A stretch of 57,116 nt of DNA, filler included, from Sphacelaria rigidula (lineage: Eukaryota), in assembly GCA_964200075.2 (NCBI GenBank). It is 8 parts of 8 records of this genome, joined end to end, with 100 filler letters (N's around TTAATTAATTAA, not from the genome) between each part and the next. Parts side by side here need not be neighbours in the genome. Positions count along the whole stretch, not along the records: positions 28,611 to 35,662 come from CAXNAA020016747.1; positions 35,763 to 42,814 come from CAXNAA020016748.1; positions 42,915 to 49,965 come from CAXNAA020016749.1; 5 more parts are not named here. The stretch is one strand, 5' to 3'. The translations under genes were made by a program, and so were the position numbers. Under the pieces are notes generated by a model. It did not search any database. It was not told the origin of the DNA and was given only the letters and a program-made list of their open reading frames with translations. Below, piece by piece: positions 34,879 to 47,921 of this stretch (position 1 is its first letter; the number at the start of each line of letters is the position of its first letter).

Positions 34879-35662
34879 ACCGTTTTCGGGCCAATTAACG
34901 TTTTTTCAACTGTTCGGCCGCGTGGTGGGAAAGAATGCGGGTACAAAGATGGGTGCCACCTGAACAATCCCTAAGAAAACGGTGTACAGAGGAAGTGGGT
35001 ATATACATACATATATACTCGGATTATATATATCTCATACATGTATGTGTGTGTATTCCACCGGGAAATAGTCACCTTGTAAAGAGAATGCACGAAAAAC
35101 ATGAAGACAGGCGCGATGACACACGTCAAAATGGCTCCGATCACGAACACAAACTCGGAAAAATCTTTCCCGATCCCTTTCCGTGATTTCTTGGCTCGTT
35201 GCCTGTGAGCGCACGAGGCAAGGGAAGTCGAGCAGCACAGTTAGCGACGAGAACGCAACACAATGCCATCGCGCAAAAAAATTAAAAGTTGGCACACCCC
35301 ATCCGCCTGTTGATTGCAGAATGCGGGGGCCCTTTCCCCCGCGATTCCCCGGAGTGGTGACGCCCTGCAGGGTCCCGCATAGATATCAGTACACATGTAC
35401 CTTGACGAGTGAATTTGACTTTCCAGGGTACAGTATAATAATGCTATCACCGGTGGCAACTGTGAGAGGTGACTCTCAGGATTATTGCGCATCATAGCAG
35501 GATCACCTTGCCCTCTCGATCTCTCCCTTGTGCAGCCAGCCCTAGGTCATCTGATCAGGTAAGACCACAGCTTCATCAGTGTGTCCAAGAGTGATGCTAC
35601 GAACAGCCAATCATCTATGTTGAGGATGGTGCTTTTGATTGAGGATGAGAACCCGGAGGATT

Positions 35663-35762
35663 NNNNNNNNNNNNNNNNNNNNNNNNNNNNNNNNNNNNNN
35701 NNNNNNTTAATTAATTAANNNNNNNNNNNNNNNNNNNNNNNNNNNNNNNNNNNNNNNNNNNN
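35663..35762. other. Artificial contig spacer
   Basis: N44-TTAATTAATTAA-N44. Confidence 0.98.
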
Positions 35763-35767
35763 CTTGA

Positions 35768-35910
35768 AGGGTGAGCTGCATCCTGCTAAGCTTGTTCGGC
35801 CCGAAGCCTACTGATGACCTTGCACTTGGATGACAGCCTCCAATGAGTTGCTTTATTCTGTGGTGTCGCCACTTTCAGAGACAGCCACAGCTTTTACACT
35901 GCCTCGTGGG
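35768..35910 (-). mobile_element. Internal fragment of C-tract retroposon long form
   Basis: AAGGGTGAGCTGCATCCTGCT...CAGAGACAGCC matches 37348-37490 and 52458-52600. Confidence 0.8.
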
Positions 35911-36989
35911 TGGGTGGGGGGATACACGAAAACTAGGGGCTCACAGATGTGCCGGACGACCTGACTACTCGCGGTGCGTTTGAATCTGGGTGAAAACGGT
36001 TTCAACCGGCATGAATGAGTATGTCTCATTGGTTAACAAGCGTGTTCGAAGAAACGTTGCTGCTTTCAAGGACGATTTCAAGTGGAATTTTGTCGAAGTG
36101 ATGGCCCGAAATACCCCCCCCCTCCCTATCGTAGCATCTCTCATAGACCGTCGGGCAGGCCAACATGGGTAGGCACTGGGCACTGCACGGGTAACACGTA
36201 TATATTTCACAACGTAACCGTAAGCCCTCCAGCGACAACGATATGTACTGTGCAGCTGACGCATCTCGTCAATCCTGGAGGGTTCATCTACAGATTGCAC
36301 CGCGTTCATGCACGGGTGGTCACTGTGCATATGACGAGTGCACTTTTTTTTGTTTCGCCCTTGAAGGAAGGACACAACCTCACCCAACACTTAACCCGCG
36401 AGTGGGTTTGTTTGCCGATTATCCGAGGGCTCGGTTAGACCACCGTGTGACGGTCATGTGGGGTAGGCGCCTCTACAGTAGCGTTCGGAAATCTTTGCTC
36501 AAGGCAGTCTGGGAGGTAAACACTGAGAAAGCCCGGTTGACTTTGCGCCGCGCATGGCCCGCCCTACTCTTATGAGTTTCAGCCCTTGACGAGTACGTTA
36601 TGACACCCAGTGGCCCCGCGTGTACTGCGTATACTAGGAAATTTTCCCTCGATCTGAAGAGAAAGTTTACGATCAGCTTCGAACGAATCGGAGAAATAAA
36701 GTGAAAGGGATGAGAACATTAGGTCGTGGAACACAATTACTGGCGACTAGAAAACTGGTGAAGGTCCAGCGAGCAGAGTTCACAAACCGGTCGACAAAGC
36801 TATCCCGCGGGCATTACTGGCGTGGCAACCCAACATACGTGAGAGACATGCTGCGAGGTAGACGTGAAAAAGGCTGTGCAGAAATATCCTCACCGCTATT
36901 CAGCGAAAACTGTTACCTCTACAAATTCCCCCCTCATCTCACAACACACGAAGAGGGTCATAAATGACCTAGGAGGGAGGGAGGGGGGG

Positions 36990-37763
36990 GTGTACTCATG
37001 ATCATGCATGCCATAGTCATAAGACCACTGACCTCGCATCCCTACAAAGCCGGGACGGAGCACGCCGGGTTCTCGCCGGACCAGGGGTGTACTCATGATC
37101 TTGCATGTCGTAGTCATGTGACCATTGATCTCGCATCCTCACAAAGCCACGACGGAGCACGCTGGATTTTCCTCTTGATGAGGGAGAGGGGGGGAAAGGC
37201 TACTCATGATCTTGCATCCCATAGTCACATGACCATCGACCTCGAATCCCTACGAAGCTGGGATGGATCACACCGGGTTTTCGCCGGACCAGGCTCGCAA
37301 TCGTTCACCAAGCGCGAAGCGCCGTGGTGTGTTCGGCGAGTCGCATAAAGGGTGAGCTGCATCCTGCTGAGACTGTTCCGTCCGAAGCGTACTGATTACC
37401 TCGCATTTGGATGACAGCCTGCAATGTGTTGCTTCATTGTCTGGTGTTGCCACTTCCAGAGACAGCCTCGGCTTATGCTCTGCCTGCCTCATGGGGTCTC
37501 ACCATGTCAACACTACGTAGTAGGATCATCTCCTTTGCGTGGAGCTGAGGTTTTCCCACCCCGCACAATATGACCTACCTCGACCACCATCATGATTACC
37601 GGGGGGAAAACGCAAGTGCGCAAAACAAAACGGTTAACCTGGTTGCCTAGCTTACGCAATGATTGCGTATTTTACAGCGCCATCGCCAACCGACGCCAAC
37701 CTCATAGGGGGTTCGTCCCTGCAAAGCCGGGACGGAGCACGCCGGGTTTTCGCCGGACCAGGC
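36990..37763 (-). mobile_element. Head-to-tail cluster of C-tract retroposons (two short copies, one internally deleted long copy, one fragment)
   Basis: Copies at 36990-37085, 37086-~37170, ~37200-37712 and 37717-37763, all in the same orientation and each adjoining a G run on the + strand. Confidence 0.85.
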
Positions 37764-38305
37764 TAACCAACGCTGTCGTCGAGCCTCCCCTCTCTTCCCC
37801 CCCCCCCGTCTCTCTCCAAGTCGAAAAGGCTTTGTTCTACATGGAGAGAAGGAGAGAAGAAGAAGGAAAAGAGGCGGCGGATTTTATTTCCCCTGAGGCA
37901 GCGAGCGGGACAAGACGGTGTGCGATCATCACAATCATCATCGCCTGTTAGCGACAATCGACCTCGATCCCCGCCTCACCGTGCACCTACCGCCGCGACA
38001 GAATCAATCAATGATGGGGGGGGGTGCTCATCCGTTGCTTGCCTTAGTCATTTGATCGTTACATACATACGGAAAATCTCGCGCAAGAGTCTGTCCAGTA
38101 CTCGCCATCCATTGACACAAGTCAGGATTGGCATCATTGTCTTCACAGCGCATTACTGGTTACTTTTTTGCGCTACGAGACTGGCAGAGAGCCGTGCCCA
38201 TGTACCAGGGCACACCATATTGCGTTCTATCAGCGTGGGTAAGGTGTGCCCCCTGGAGTAGTTCGAGATCCACCGTCCGTCGACTTTGGGGTCAGCGTCA
38301 CGGTC

Positions 38306-38380
38306 GGGGATAGGGTTACGGTCAGAGTTACGGTTAGAGTTTCGGTTACGGTCACGGTTACGGTTAGGGATAGGATTAGT
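38306..38380 (+). repeat. Degenerate telomere-like hexamer array (GGTTAG/GGTTAC)
   Basis: GGGATAGGGTTACGGTCAGAGTTACGGTTAGAG...GGTTAGGGATAGGATTAG. Confidence 0.7.
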
Positions 38381-39068
38381 TGGTTGAGCTAACTAACTCA
38401 TCACGATGACCAGCATGTGAGGATCAAAACGCTCCACGATCGATGATAAAACAGAGCCCGCGTACAAATTCATGGCGAGGTAGATTATTTGAGTTTCCCC
38501 TCTCACAAAAAATAATTGAGCTAGGTTCAACTCAGCTCAGCTCGGGAGGCTTCGGAGACAACCGTTCACCTCACTTTCACAATAACATCAACAACAACAT
38601 AATAACAACACAACAACTAGAGCAGCATCAATTATTGATGTCTTCCACAAAACAAGAAAGCGCCGGCGAAACAAATAAACCAGACTAACCTACCTACTTA
38701 CCTGCCTACCTACGTACCTAGCTACCAGCCGACCACGCGCACAGTCAGTGCATGCCCACATGTACATCATACACCTTCCTTTCCCCACCGCGTTACGTCA
38801 CCAACCGTGGTCCTCGACACAAAAACGATAACAGGATCGATCGCCCGCGCAAGGAAACTTGGTCCAAACGACTGCTATCCCCTTGGAGAAAATACTACCA
38901 GAAACCTCATCAGGCAAGCAGTGGTAGTGCTGTTGACAAAGGGGGAGATGCCGCGGGATCGCAAGTTGTGCCAGGCAGCAACACGGGAAACGTTGAACCT
39001 CGAGGGTCGCTGGAGGGGCGAGTCCAACGGAACAGAAGTACGTCAGGCCACTCTGCTCAGGCACGTGC

Positions 39069-39071
<3 letters not shown>

Positions 39072-39125
<54 letters not shown>

Positions 39126-39146
39126 TGTGTTTGTGTGTTTGTGTGT
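39072..39146 (+). repeat. (GT)n microsatellite
   Basis: Direct observation. Confidence 0.95.
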
Positions 39147-39493
39147 TTTCAGCCGCTTGCGCGACCGATAGTGGCTACCTCGTCATGATCGCCATTTTTA
39201 ATTGGAGATTGATGGCGATTCAACCTTTAAATATATATATATATATATACACGTATCTGAGCGGTTAAAACGGGTGAAGACGCAACGTTGTTTCGAGTGC
39301 GATCCTTTATATATGTATATGTGTGGTGTTGACGCATGATGCTGAATACAGGACACACTGTGTCAGTAGTTGTCTTTGTCAACTTTGTGTGAAAAAAAAT
39401 CAGAAAATGAAGAAGCGAAAATTATGTGCCTCTTCAGTTTCGCTGGGGATTTTTACAGGGGCCGGGCGAATGAATGATCCGTCTGGAAATTCC

Positions 39494-39718
39494 TTGATTT
39501 TAGTGTAATTGATTCATACTGTACGAATCAATCCTTCGGCTTTGTTGCCAGCGTTGCAACCAGAGGTACGCGCAGCCCGGGCACATGGAATGTCGCAAAA
39601 ATTGCGTGGAGACCTTTTTGACCAGTGACTATTTTCTTTTTTCCTTTTCGAGCACAATCAGGCCTGAAAATGGTGGATTTTGCCGATTCGGACCAACGAT
39701 GGTTCGTCCGGACCGTGG
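39494..39718 (+). repeat. Unclassified dispersed repeat
   Basis: Collinear with 51344-51571 (TTGATTTTAGT...GTACGAATCAATCCTT...GCAAAAATTGCGTGGAGACCTTT...TTCGTCCG). Confidence 0.8.
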
Positions 39719-40481
39719 ATGTTTCACAGTACCTTAACCAACTGCTGCACTTTCTCTTTCCCTTACTCCCAACTCTTCCCCTTTGCTCGGGACGAGTCCG
39801 TGGTCTAGTGGTCCCAAGGATTCAATCCATCTTTCCCCCGGCGCACGCCTTACATTTTGGTGTCGAGGATTGGATCATGACCAGCTTTCCCGCACCCCGT
39901 CGACTGTCGTCAAACAAACTCAGCCAAGGAGACTACCATTACTGTTGCTGCGAAGAACCTCGTCGCCGGGTTGCGTTTCTAGCATTTGATTGAGTGTGGG
40001 CTTTCACCCTATTTTCACTAGATGGTGAAGAAGTAAAATGGTACCGGTTGCACAAACGGACATAAAACGCTGAAGGTGTCCATGCGTGGAATTGGCATCT
40101 TTTTTTCGCTTGAAAGGTTACTTGTGACCTAGACTGCCAATAACCCTGGCGGTCAAGGGGCTCACATTCGGAAGAGCTAGTCGGCGGACCCCTTGACTGT
40201 CGCACCTATACTGATGGCTGATACTGATACTGATACTGATACTGATGCCTGTCGCAACTACACTGAACCCCAAGGATCCAACCTTGATTACACAATAGAC
40301 GTACCCGAGATTAAAAAGAAAAACGGAAACACTCCCTGAAGAAAAAGTGAAGGAAGTCGAAGAGTAGAACAGACGAGGTAGACTCAGAAAAGAATAACAA
40401 AAGAGAAGGAAAGAAAAAACAAGGCAAGCAAAGGGAAAACAAGTAGAAATGACCGGCCTCTTCAACATGACTTCGGTGGGA

Positions 40482-40744
40482 GATACTTTCTACGATAGCC
40501 CCCCCTCCCCCCCCCCCGAAAAAAAATGGCTGGTTTGGGGGAGGCAGCATTTACGCGTAAATTAAAATGAAAAAAGCCAAGGACAACCAGCAACCCAGAA
40601 TTCCCACGCTTGGCTTCATTGTCGCCAATGTCGCTCATATGAGGCTCTTCATGCAGCCTGAAACAAAACATCAGGCGCTGTATGACCATTTTCTTCGTGG
40701 CACTTTTGGGCTGTTTTTGGAGGGGGGCTATCGTAGAAAGTGTC
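40482..40744. mobile_element. MITE family M (~260 bp)
   Basis: TIR GATACTTTCTACGATAGCCCCCC / GGGGGGCTATCGTAGAAAGTGTC; other copies at 19546-19818, 53480-53600 and 56735-56820; TSD not resolved. Confidence 0.75.
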
Positions 40745-41984
40745 AAAAAAGGTCGTGCTCTAAAACCACACTCAATCCCAGTCGCGGGAACAAAAAACTC
40801 GTGGCAACAGGTTGTGGCTGGTCTATTTCAACCTCAATGTGTTGGGTATCAAGCTTCCATCCATGAACCCTGCGGAAGAGAGGCACCAAACCGCTACATG
40901 CATACATCGGGAGGAAATAGCACACACGTAGAGAAAGAGAGAAAGAGATGCGAGACAGAGAGAGAGAGACTGCAGGGGTAATGAGACCCAAAGGATACAG
41001 TACGGTAGAGCAGGTACAAACGCAACACCAGAAAGCCCCGCAAGACTACCGACCAAGGGCAAAATCATAAACGTGTAGGACAAGACAGGGGTACATCAGT
41101 TTCCGTATTTGCCCAATTTCTCGCATACGTCCCTAGCCGGGTATAAAGTGGGCCATTTCCTCGGTCGTTTCCGTCGTGGATTGCTCGCGAGCTGTTGCTG
41201 TTGTTGCGCTAGCAAAGACAATTCTCTGATTGGCGGATATCGACGCAGCCGCCCCTCGTTTGTGGCGGCGGTCCGGTTCTCGTTTGTCTTCGCGTCGCCA
41301 CGTGTCCTCGAGCTGCTCCGCAGACCGCACAGACGTACATGGAAAATTGATTCGCTACCTTTCCGCGCCCCTAACGCTGCGGCGTCTCATTCGTCGTTGT
41401 GCACGTGCGTGTGGGTCGGTGTTTTGGCCGTGCCGTTAGCCCCCATCCCTTCTTGCAGGCGAGTCCTTAGCCCCGAGAGGTCAACCCATTTCTGTCCCGA
41501 TGCTTGCGTGGTAGTTAACCATCGAACACTGATTTGACCGACAATTTGCGCATCCCATTGACGATCATCGGATCATTAGTTGCTACTCACGTTTTCCGGC
41601 GTCACGACGTCAACCAGATTATCTTGATACAGCAGAGGCCTTTTTTATGACCGTATATATCCTGGCATTCGAATCACCAAGTCTGGCGGAACTGACGGTT
41701 GGCACACTATTTTGATGACCGGTGCTCGGCATGTGAATACCTTGGGGAATGGGAAGCGGATGTGTATCTGTCTGAAAGTGAAGAAATAGGGCTCGTGCAT
41801 GACAATCATGACAGCTAAACCGCAACCATATCGGACGACGTTGTCCCCCTTTTCAACGGGTATGTGCGTGTGTGCTTCTGAGGGTGCCATATTCCAGCGT
41901 GTGTATGGCAGGTACATCGATCGATGGGAAAAAATGCAGCGCACGTAGTACCAGAATAGTAGCAATAGTGCTACCATGTCACTA

Positions 41985-42135
<151 letters not shown>

Positions 42136-42726
42136 TTTGATTACAAGTGCTACTACCACGAGTGTATTGTCAACGTCGAGGGTCACAGTTGTTCCATACA
42201 ACAAGCTGGTGTAAGGGGAAGCGGAAACGCCTTGTTGCCCACGCTGCAAAACAAAAAAAGCGCTTTTGACCCCCCTATCGTTGAACGACTCGAAGGTATA
42301 CATACAGTCCACCGGTGAGGCTCCCCCCGGTTCCCCCATCCCTGGCCAGAAACCAAACAAAGGGACCATCGAGGTAAAGAGAACGAGTGAACAAGGCATA
42401 CAAATGTGGCATTTCCCCGAAATAACAACAAGCGAACGATCTCGGCTGTTGGCATGGATATACGAAGATGCATGGTATTATAGAGTGATCCTTCGGCAGG
42501 CAAAGGGTGCGAAGCACACAACGCTTGCGGCGAAATCGGGGGGGCACATGGGTGCGTTATACAACCGACCACTAAAACATCATTTGTGGGCATCCATCTC
42601 CGTGAGTGGATGACGTTGTGAACTACGCGGTTTTTGTTTGCAGGTATGCGTGTTGTCGTAGTATGTTCGGTGTATTTACGAGTACGGTACAATGTTTCGA
42701 CCGAGAAACGTCGACCGGCTCGCTCT

Positions 42727-42808
42727 GGGGGGGGTGTACTCATGATCATGCATGCCATAGTCATAAGACCATTGACCTCGCGATCGTAAGAGGACGGGAC
42801 GGAGCACG
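42727..42808 (-). mobile_element. C-tract retroposon 3' end at contig end
   Basis: G run + TGTACTCATGATCATGCATGCCATAGTCATAAGACCATTGACCTCGC. Confidence 0.85.
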
Positions 42809-42814
42809 AGGGGC

Positions 42815-42914
42815 NNNNNNNNNNNNNNNNNNNNNNNNNNNNNNNNNNNNNNNNNNNNTTAATTAATTAANNNNNNNNNNNNNNNNNNNNNNNNNNNNNN
42901 NNNNNNNNNNNNNN
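42815..42914. other. Artificial contig spacer
   Basis: N44-TTAATTAATTAA-N44. Confidence 0.98.
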
Positions 42915-42978
42915 ATAAGGGGCTCCTAACAATTCTAACCTCAGAAAATATTTCTGTATCCCTACCGTAGCATCACTC
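42915..42978 (-). mobile_element. Terminal fragment of MITE S1
   Basis: ...AAAATATTTCTGTATCCCTACCGTAGCATCACTC is the reverse complement of the S1 left end. Confidence 0.8.
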
Positions 42979-45900
42979 AACCATGAATATTTGTATCCCA
43001 AAGCCGGTAAACTAGCCCCCTCCACGCACACACACAAATCAGAGTTCTACTAAAGCGGCGGAGAGTATCTCTCGGGTAGCACATTTATAGGACGAGCACT
43101 TGAGTCATTGCTCATCGTGACAAAACTGAATGACTCGAGCACACGAGTCGTGCTCGTTGTGTTTTCAAAAACAAAAACATCCACGAGTGCACTCGTTTCG
43201 ACGAATAATGACTCGTCCGACGTGAGAAATATATACCTGGTGCATTGAGTATGGGTTCCGGGTACAGTAGCCAGTGAGGCTCCTCGGGCGGGAAAATACG
43301 TGGATTTGACTCGATTGCCGTCAAATCGGTCGAGAACAACCACCCAATGAATGCCATCTTTCTTTCGCACACCCGCAGCAAGAAAACGCAGAAGAAGATC
43401 AGCGAAATGATGCGAAACCCGCGAAGAATTCGGGTAAATTAAAGAGCTAACCTGGTTCAAAAGGGCATGACCCACTCGTTAGTCTCTACTTACCCCAGGA
43501 TCACTTCACGACCATTTTTTTTCCATTGACACTTGCTTATATTTCGTGTCTATTTCACGGTTAAGTCGGGGATCGGGGACACCAACTGACGCTCAATTTG
43601 CTCAGGATCCCCCCGCCCCCTCACCCCCACCCGCTGTACCTTGAAGGGGCGAAACTGACAAGGTACATCTTTCCTGGCGCTGCCCATGAAAAAATAAAGA
43701 ACAAGAGAGGATGGAATCCTTTGTTGCAAAAATCTAGACGATGCAGTCTATTCTCATTGTGTTTGAATGGAGTCGTCGCAACGAAAGGTAGCGCTACAAC
43801 CTGTTGCGGTTCAACGAAACTACTAACCATGTAATACCGTTTCATTCGTATCTTTTTCACGGAGAGTATCTCTTTCGTGTTGATTTATAGTCTACCTGTT
43901 TGAATGACGTTTCAAGTAGGATATTGCTGGAGTAGGCGTGTTGCCATAATTTATCAATGAAAGATACTCTAGCAGAGTATTTAGGCCACGTAGGCTGTAA
44001 GATATCTTGTGTGCAAGTTTGCAGTTGATCCAAGCTAAAGAACTGGCAAGGCTACCGCGTCAGCAGTAGCGAGGTTGAATTGGATGATACGATTTACTCC
44101 TACGTACGTGTAGAGGTCTTTGTTCTTTGTTCCAGGATCGAGTATGCTTGGATTCGGTGGTCTCTACCGCCCTCGCAATCACTCTCGCAAGCTTACCCAG
44201 CTCTTCTTTTTCTCAACCCTCTGCTTTCAATAGAGGCTACTTGATTTTGTTCGGCCGAAGTGAAGAGCCCAAAACATCATTTATTTTTCTCTTGATTTTC
44301 TGTCTGCTACAGAAACAGGTGGTTCAACTACCACTCACTGTGCAACCTCTGCCATACTATTGTCCCTGCGACGGTAGTCGGTCTATTTCGAGAACAGTAT
44401 CAAACATCACGAGCCAAATATTTCCAACACACATCCTCAAAGGTCAGGACAATCTGTAATTTCATTTCTGTAGCACCATCTGTATACTACAATAATAAGT
44501 GCTTTGAAAACAAGCAGAATTTCCAATCCTGTATCGCCGAAACGGCGTGCGTGGGTGAGCGGGGGGGGGGGGGGCACGTACGTGCGGAGAGTGCTCCATT
44601 ATTGTTTTTTTTTACAGAACACGGACGCACGTGAAGAGCGACTTGGGGAAGTTGACCTCCTCGCCGAACGTCTTCCACAACAAATGCGGCAAAGTGTACG
44701 ACGGTGCCGCGAGTGGTAATAGAGGCAATACATACCGACCGTGTCTGCCTGATGTGCAGGATCTACGTTCGTGAATGGATGAGCCGTACAGTACGTTTTC
44801 GTGCATGATGAACACGATGTAATCGCAGCAGGTGACAGGGGGTATACTGCACAAGCGTGCCAAATGCAGACGACCCACCAACAAATGAGATCAATATACT
44901 CCACGTGCGTACGTACAGTAGTACGATTCATGTCGATCATCGACTTCACCGAGCGAACGCTGGTGCAACATCAACAACATATTATGGACGATAGGCACCG
45001 TTTGCAGTGGGTGCACGGACCCAGTTGTGACTATCATGTTTGTGATGGGGTAACTTCCTGCTTCAAAACAGAAGCTTACAGACCTTCTCACACCGGCCGC
45101 AGCATTACACGCATGGACTGCACTGTAAGCAATCTACTGCTATTTTGAACAGTGCGGCGTTGTAGTCGTGGTGGCGTATTGATGACCTGCAGGGGCTCCC
45201 GGATGGATCCGGCCACCTCAAGATATATTGCACTTCACTGTCGTCTGTTGTGACTGTCTCAAGTGGTGGGATGACTCTCCACAGACAACAGTAGAGTATA
45301 GTACAACAGTACATTTGGATTTGATGATGAAATTTGAATTCGGTACAACAGTATTGGTACATGCACTACAGAACAAGTACTCACCGAACCGCCACCACTA
45401 CTGCCGGCAGCAGCACCACCACGGAGGTTGGTACGAAGGGGAAGAAGGCCTGGAGACTCCATCATAGTTCCGTAGATCACTCCGACAACAAAGCACACAG
45501 CCCACACCGCTGGCCACACCACATCCGCCCGCATGTTTCAGCCTATAGGTCGTGCCAGGCCGCCACTACTAGCTGAGCTGTCGAAAAATTTGCAGGGTAT
45601 GAGAGACTTGAGATCCACCTCAAGAAGATTCCCTGTGAAATGATATATCCAGCAGCGAACGACCTCTGAGATGCAACAAGCCACCGGCCCGTTATAACAA
45701 CGGCTCGCAATTACTTGTAGGTGTAGCCGGCCGGTTACGTGAACAGGATATCGCGTGCAGTTGTTCTCGCTTGTGGCCGGGATGGTGTGAGTAAGAGCCG
45801 AGAGGGAGGGGGGGTGACAGAGTTGATGGGAGGCCGTTCGTTGCTGTTGCACAAGATAGGAAAATCGGCCTTGCAGGCAGGCGACGATAATTGAAGGGGT

Positions 45901-47780
45901 CTGGGGTTTGCAATTTGTAATTTGCAAATGCGGGTGAACGGAAATCAGAGGACCCCCAAGATCCATCAGCGATTCGAATATGGCAATTGCGAATGCGATC
46001 AAAATAAAGTATGACAGCCTAGACATCTTGTTTGAGGGAGCCCGGGGGTTGTGTGTACTACAACCTGTACGAGGGGATAGGTGGCGATGCTCTGCATGCC
46101 CTTAAGTGCGCAGCAGATTAGCATACTATGTAAATTTTCGCCCGTGAAGTGTCAATGAACAGCTGAAAAATTCGAAGCAGTTGCCATACGACAGTGCGGC
46201 GGACATCATACGGAGGATATCGTACTAAATCCGGTCTACAAGCGCGTACCGGAACAACAGTAGCTGTCATGCGGCGCCCGTTACTAGGAACGTTAGCCCC
46301 CGCCTTCTCGTCAAGAGCACCGTCGTGGCCTTGGCGCCCCCTGTACATGTGCTGCTACTGTTGTCTTAATTTATCACCATTCATGACTCCATCTTCTGCG
46401 CTGTATCAACAAAACCAACAGCATCCGTCTTCAACGACAACCCGTGGCCGCACGCCCATGCTCGCAGCGACTAGCAATCCCTACGGTATTTCCAAAGGCG
46501 GAAGAAATCGAGCGACGGCTGCGTTTGCGAAAACAACACCCGCGAGAGCTACGCGGACTTTTATAGGAGGGGAGTCATTGTCGGTCGTGAGAGCGATGCA
46601 CACGATAGCCACGTCCACTGCTAGGCCAGGTAGGTCGATTGACTGCACATCAAACACCGCAGATCACGGTGTATAACACCCCCGTGCGCGCTCGCCCGCA
46701 AGATCTTCATGTTTTGAATTCACGGTTAGCAGGTGTGCAGACGTAATAATTATCTCAGGTCTGCATACGCTATACACTGCTATAATAATAGTGTTTGTAA
46801 TAATACAATGTGTTACAAGCTGGTTTAGAAATAATGGGCAATCTACAAACTTACAGATAGGATGTAATCCTTGACTCCCACACAACACACACAGTCAACA
46901 CCACCCTTCCGCCTCTACCCCCGAAATACTAGTATTGATGTGTAGCAGTAAGATGTTGAACATCCTCGGTTCTCTCGAGAGAAAGTGCGATCGTTCTGAC
47001 TCTTCGAAACACCTCGTTCCCTGTTCATAGCCTAGAAAGATATCGACGATCGAATATGGCCTTCCCGACTATTATACACACAACGTTTCCCCTGTAGGAG
47101 CCAATTCAGACAGTATGTAGCTGTTGACCTGTTGTCCCTGCACATGTCAGCATCACACTTGTTTTCGGCGTCAAGGCTCTGACAGTGATTCGCTGTTGCA
47201 CGGAGGAAACTTTGTGGCCTACCAGCGCAACGCACAACACCCACTCGTTGCTTTTCCAATCACGTAGTCGGCGGCGAAGCAAAAACAGCATGTGTGCATC
47301 TAAAGCCATAGCCGACTGAAGACCTGTTCGGTCGTTGGGAGCTCCGGCCTCTGAAAGCTTGAACTGCGTAGAAGGGAATATCCACAGCAGGAGCATTTCA
47401 AAGATGAAATCAAGTCACAAACGTTGGCATTTGCGGACTCATAGACCAAGGAAATTGACTCTGCAAATCTCCGTTTGTACAAGATGACGGAACAAAGCCA
47501 AACGCCCGCCCCCCACCAGTATCCATCGCCCTTGCGAGATACGGGAGATAGGTACGAGAGCAGCATAAAAGGAATATGGTCCGATTACCTGTATCGCTCC
47601 TTCATCTCCGCTGACTGTTCTTCGGGGTTTTTTCTCGGTTCAAGTGTGCAACGCATACTGTTTGAATTTCAGGTGCATAATGAGTGCAACAATCAATGAA
47701 TCAATTTTCGGGATGAATACCCTGTGAGCTACGGTTCATCACTTCTTGCCCAGTTCCACATTTTGCCCCCATCCTCCCTC

Positions 47781-47921
47781 CGTAATGAGCGCCGAAATGT
47801 TGGAGGTGTCTCTATTAGGAGTAGGAACGGTGCTCCGTCTCGGANNNNNNNNNNCTCGGAAGGGATGCGTGGTCAACGGTCAAACGACTAAGGCAAGTAA
47901 CGAATGAGGACGCCCCCCCCC
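47781..47921 (+). mobile_element. 5'-truncated LINE 3' end
   Basis: Encodes RNERRNVGGVSIRSRNGAPSR(gap)KGCVVNGQTTKASNE*; flanks GCCCCCATCCTCCCTC upstream and GCCCCCCCCCTCTCCCT downstream. Confidence 0.85.

Noticed and set aside
36990-37085. HDV-like or hammerhead ribozyme in the retroposon module
   Set aside because: ACCWCGC resembles the HDV L3 loop but lacks the preceding U and P3 pairing and is antisense to the element. I found no conserved CUGANGA...GAAA core; CTGATGA at 35811 is not conserved in other copies.
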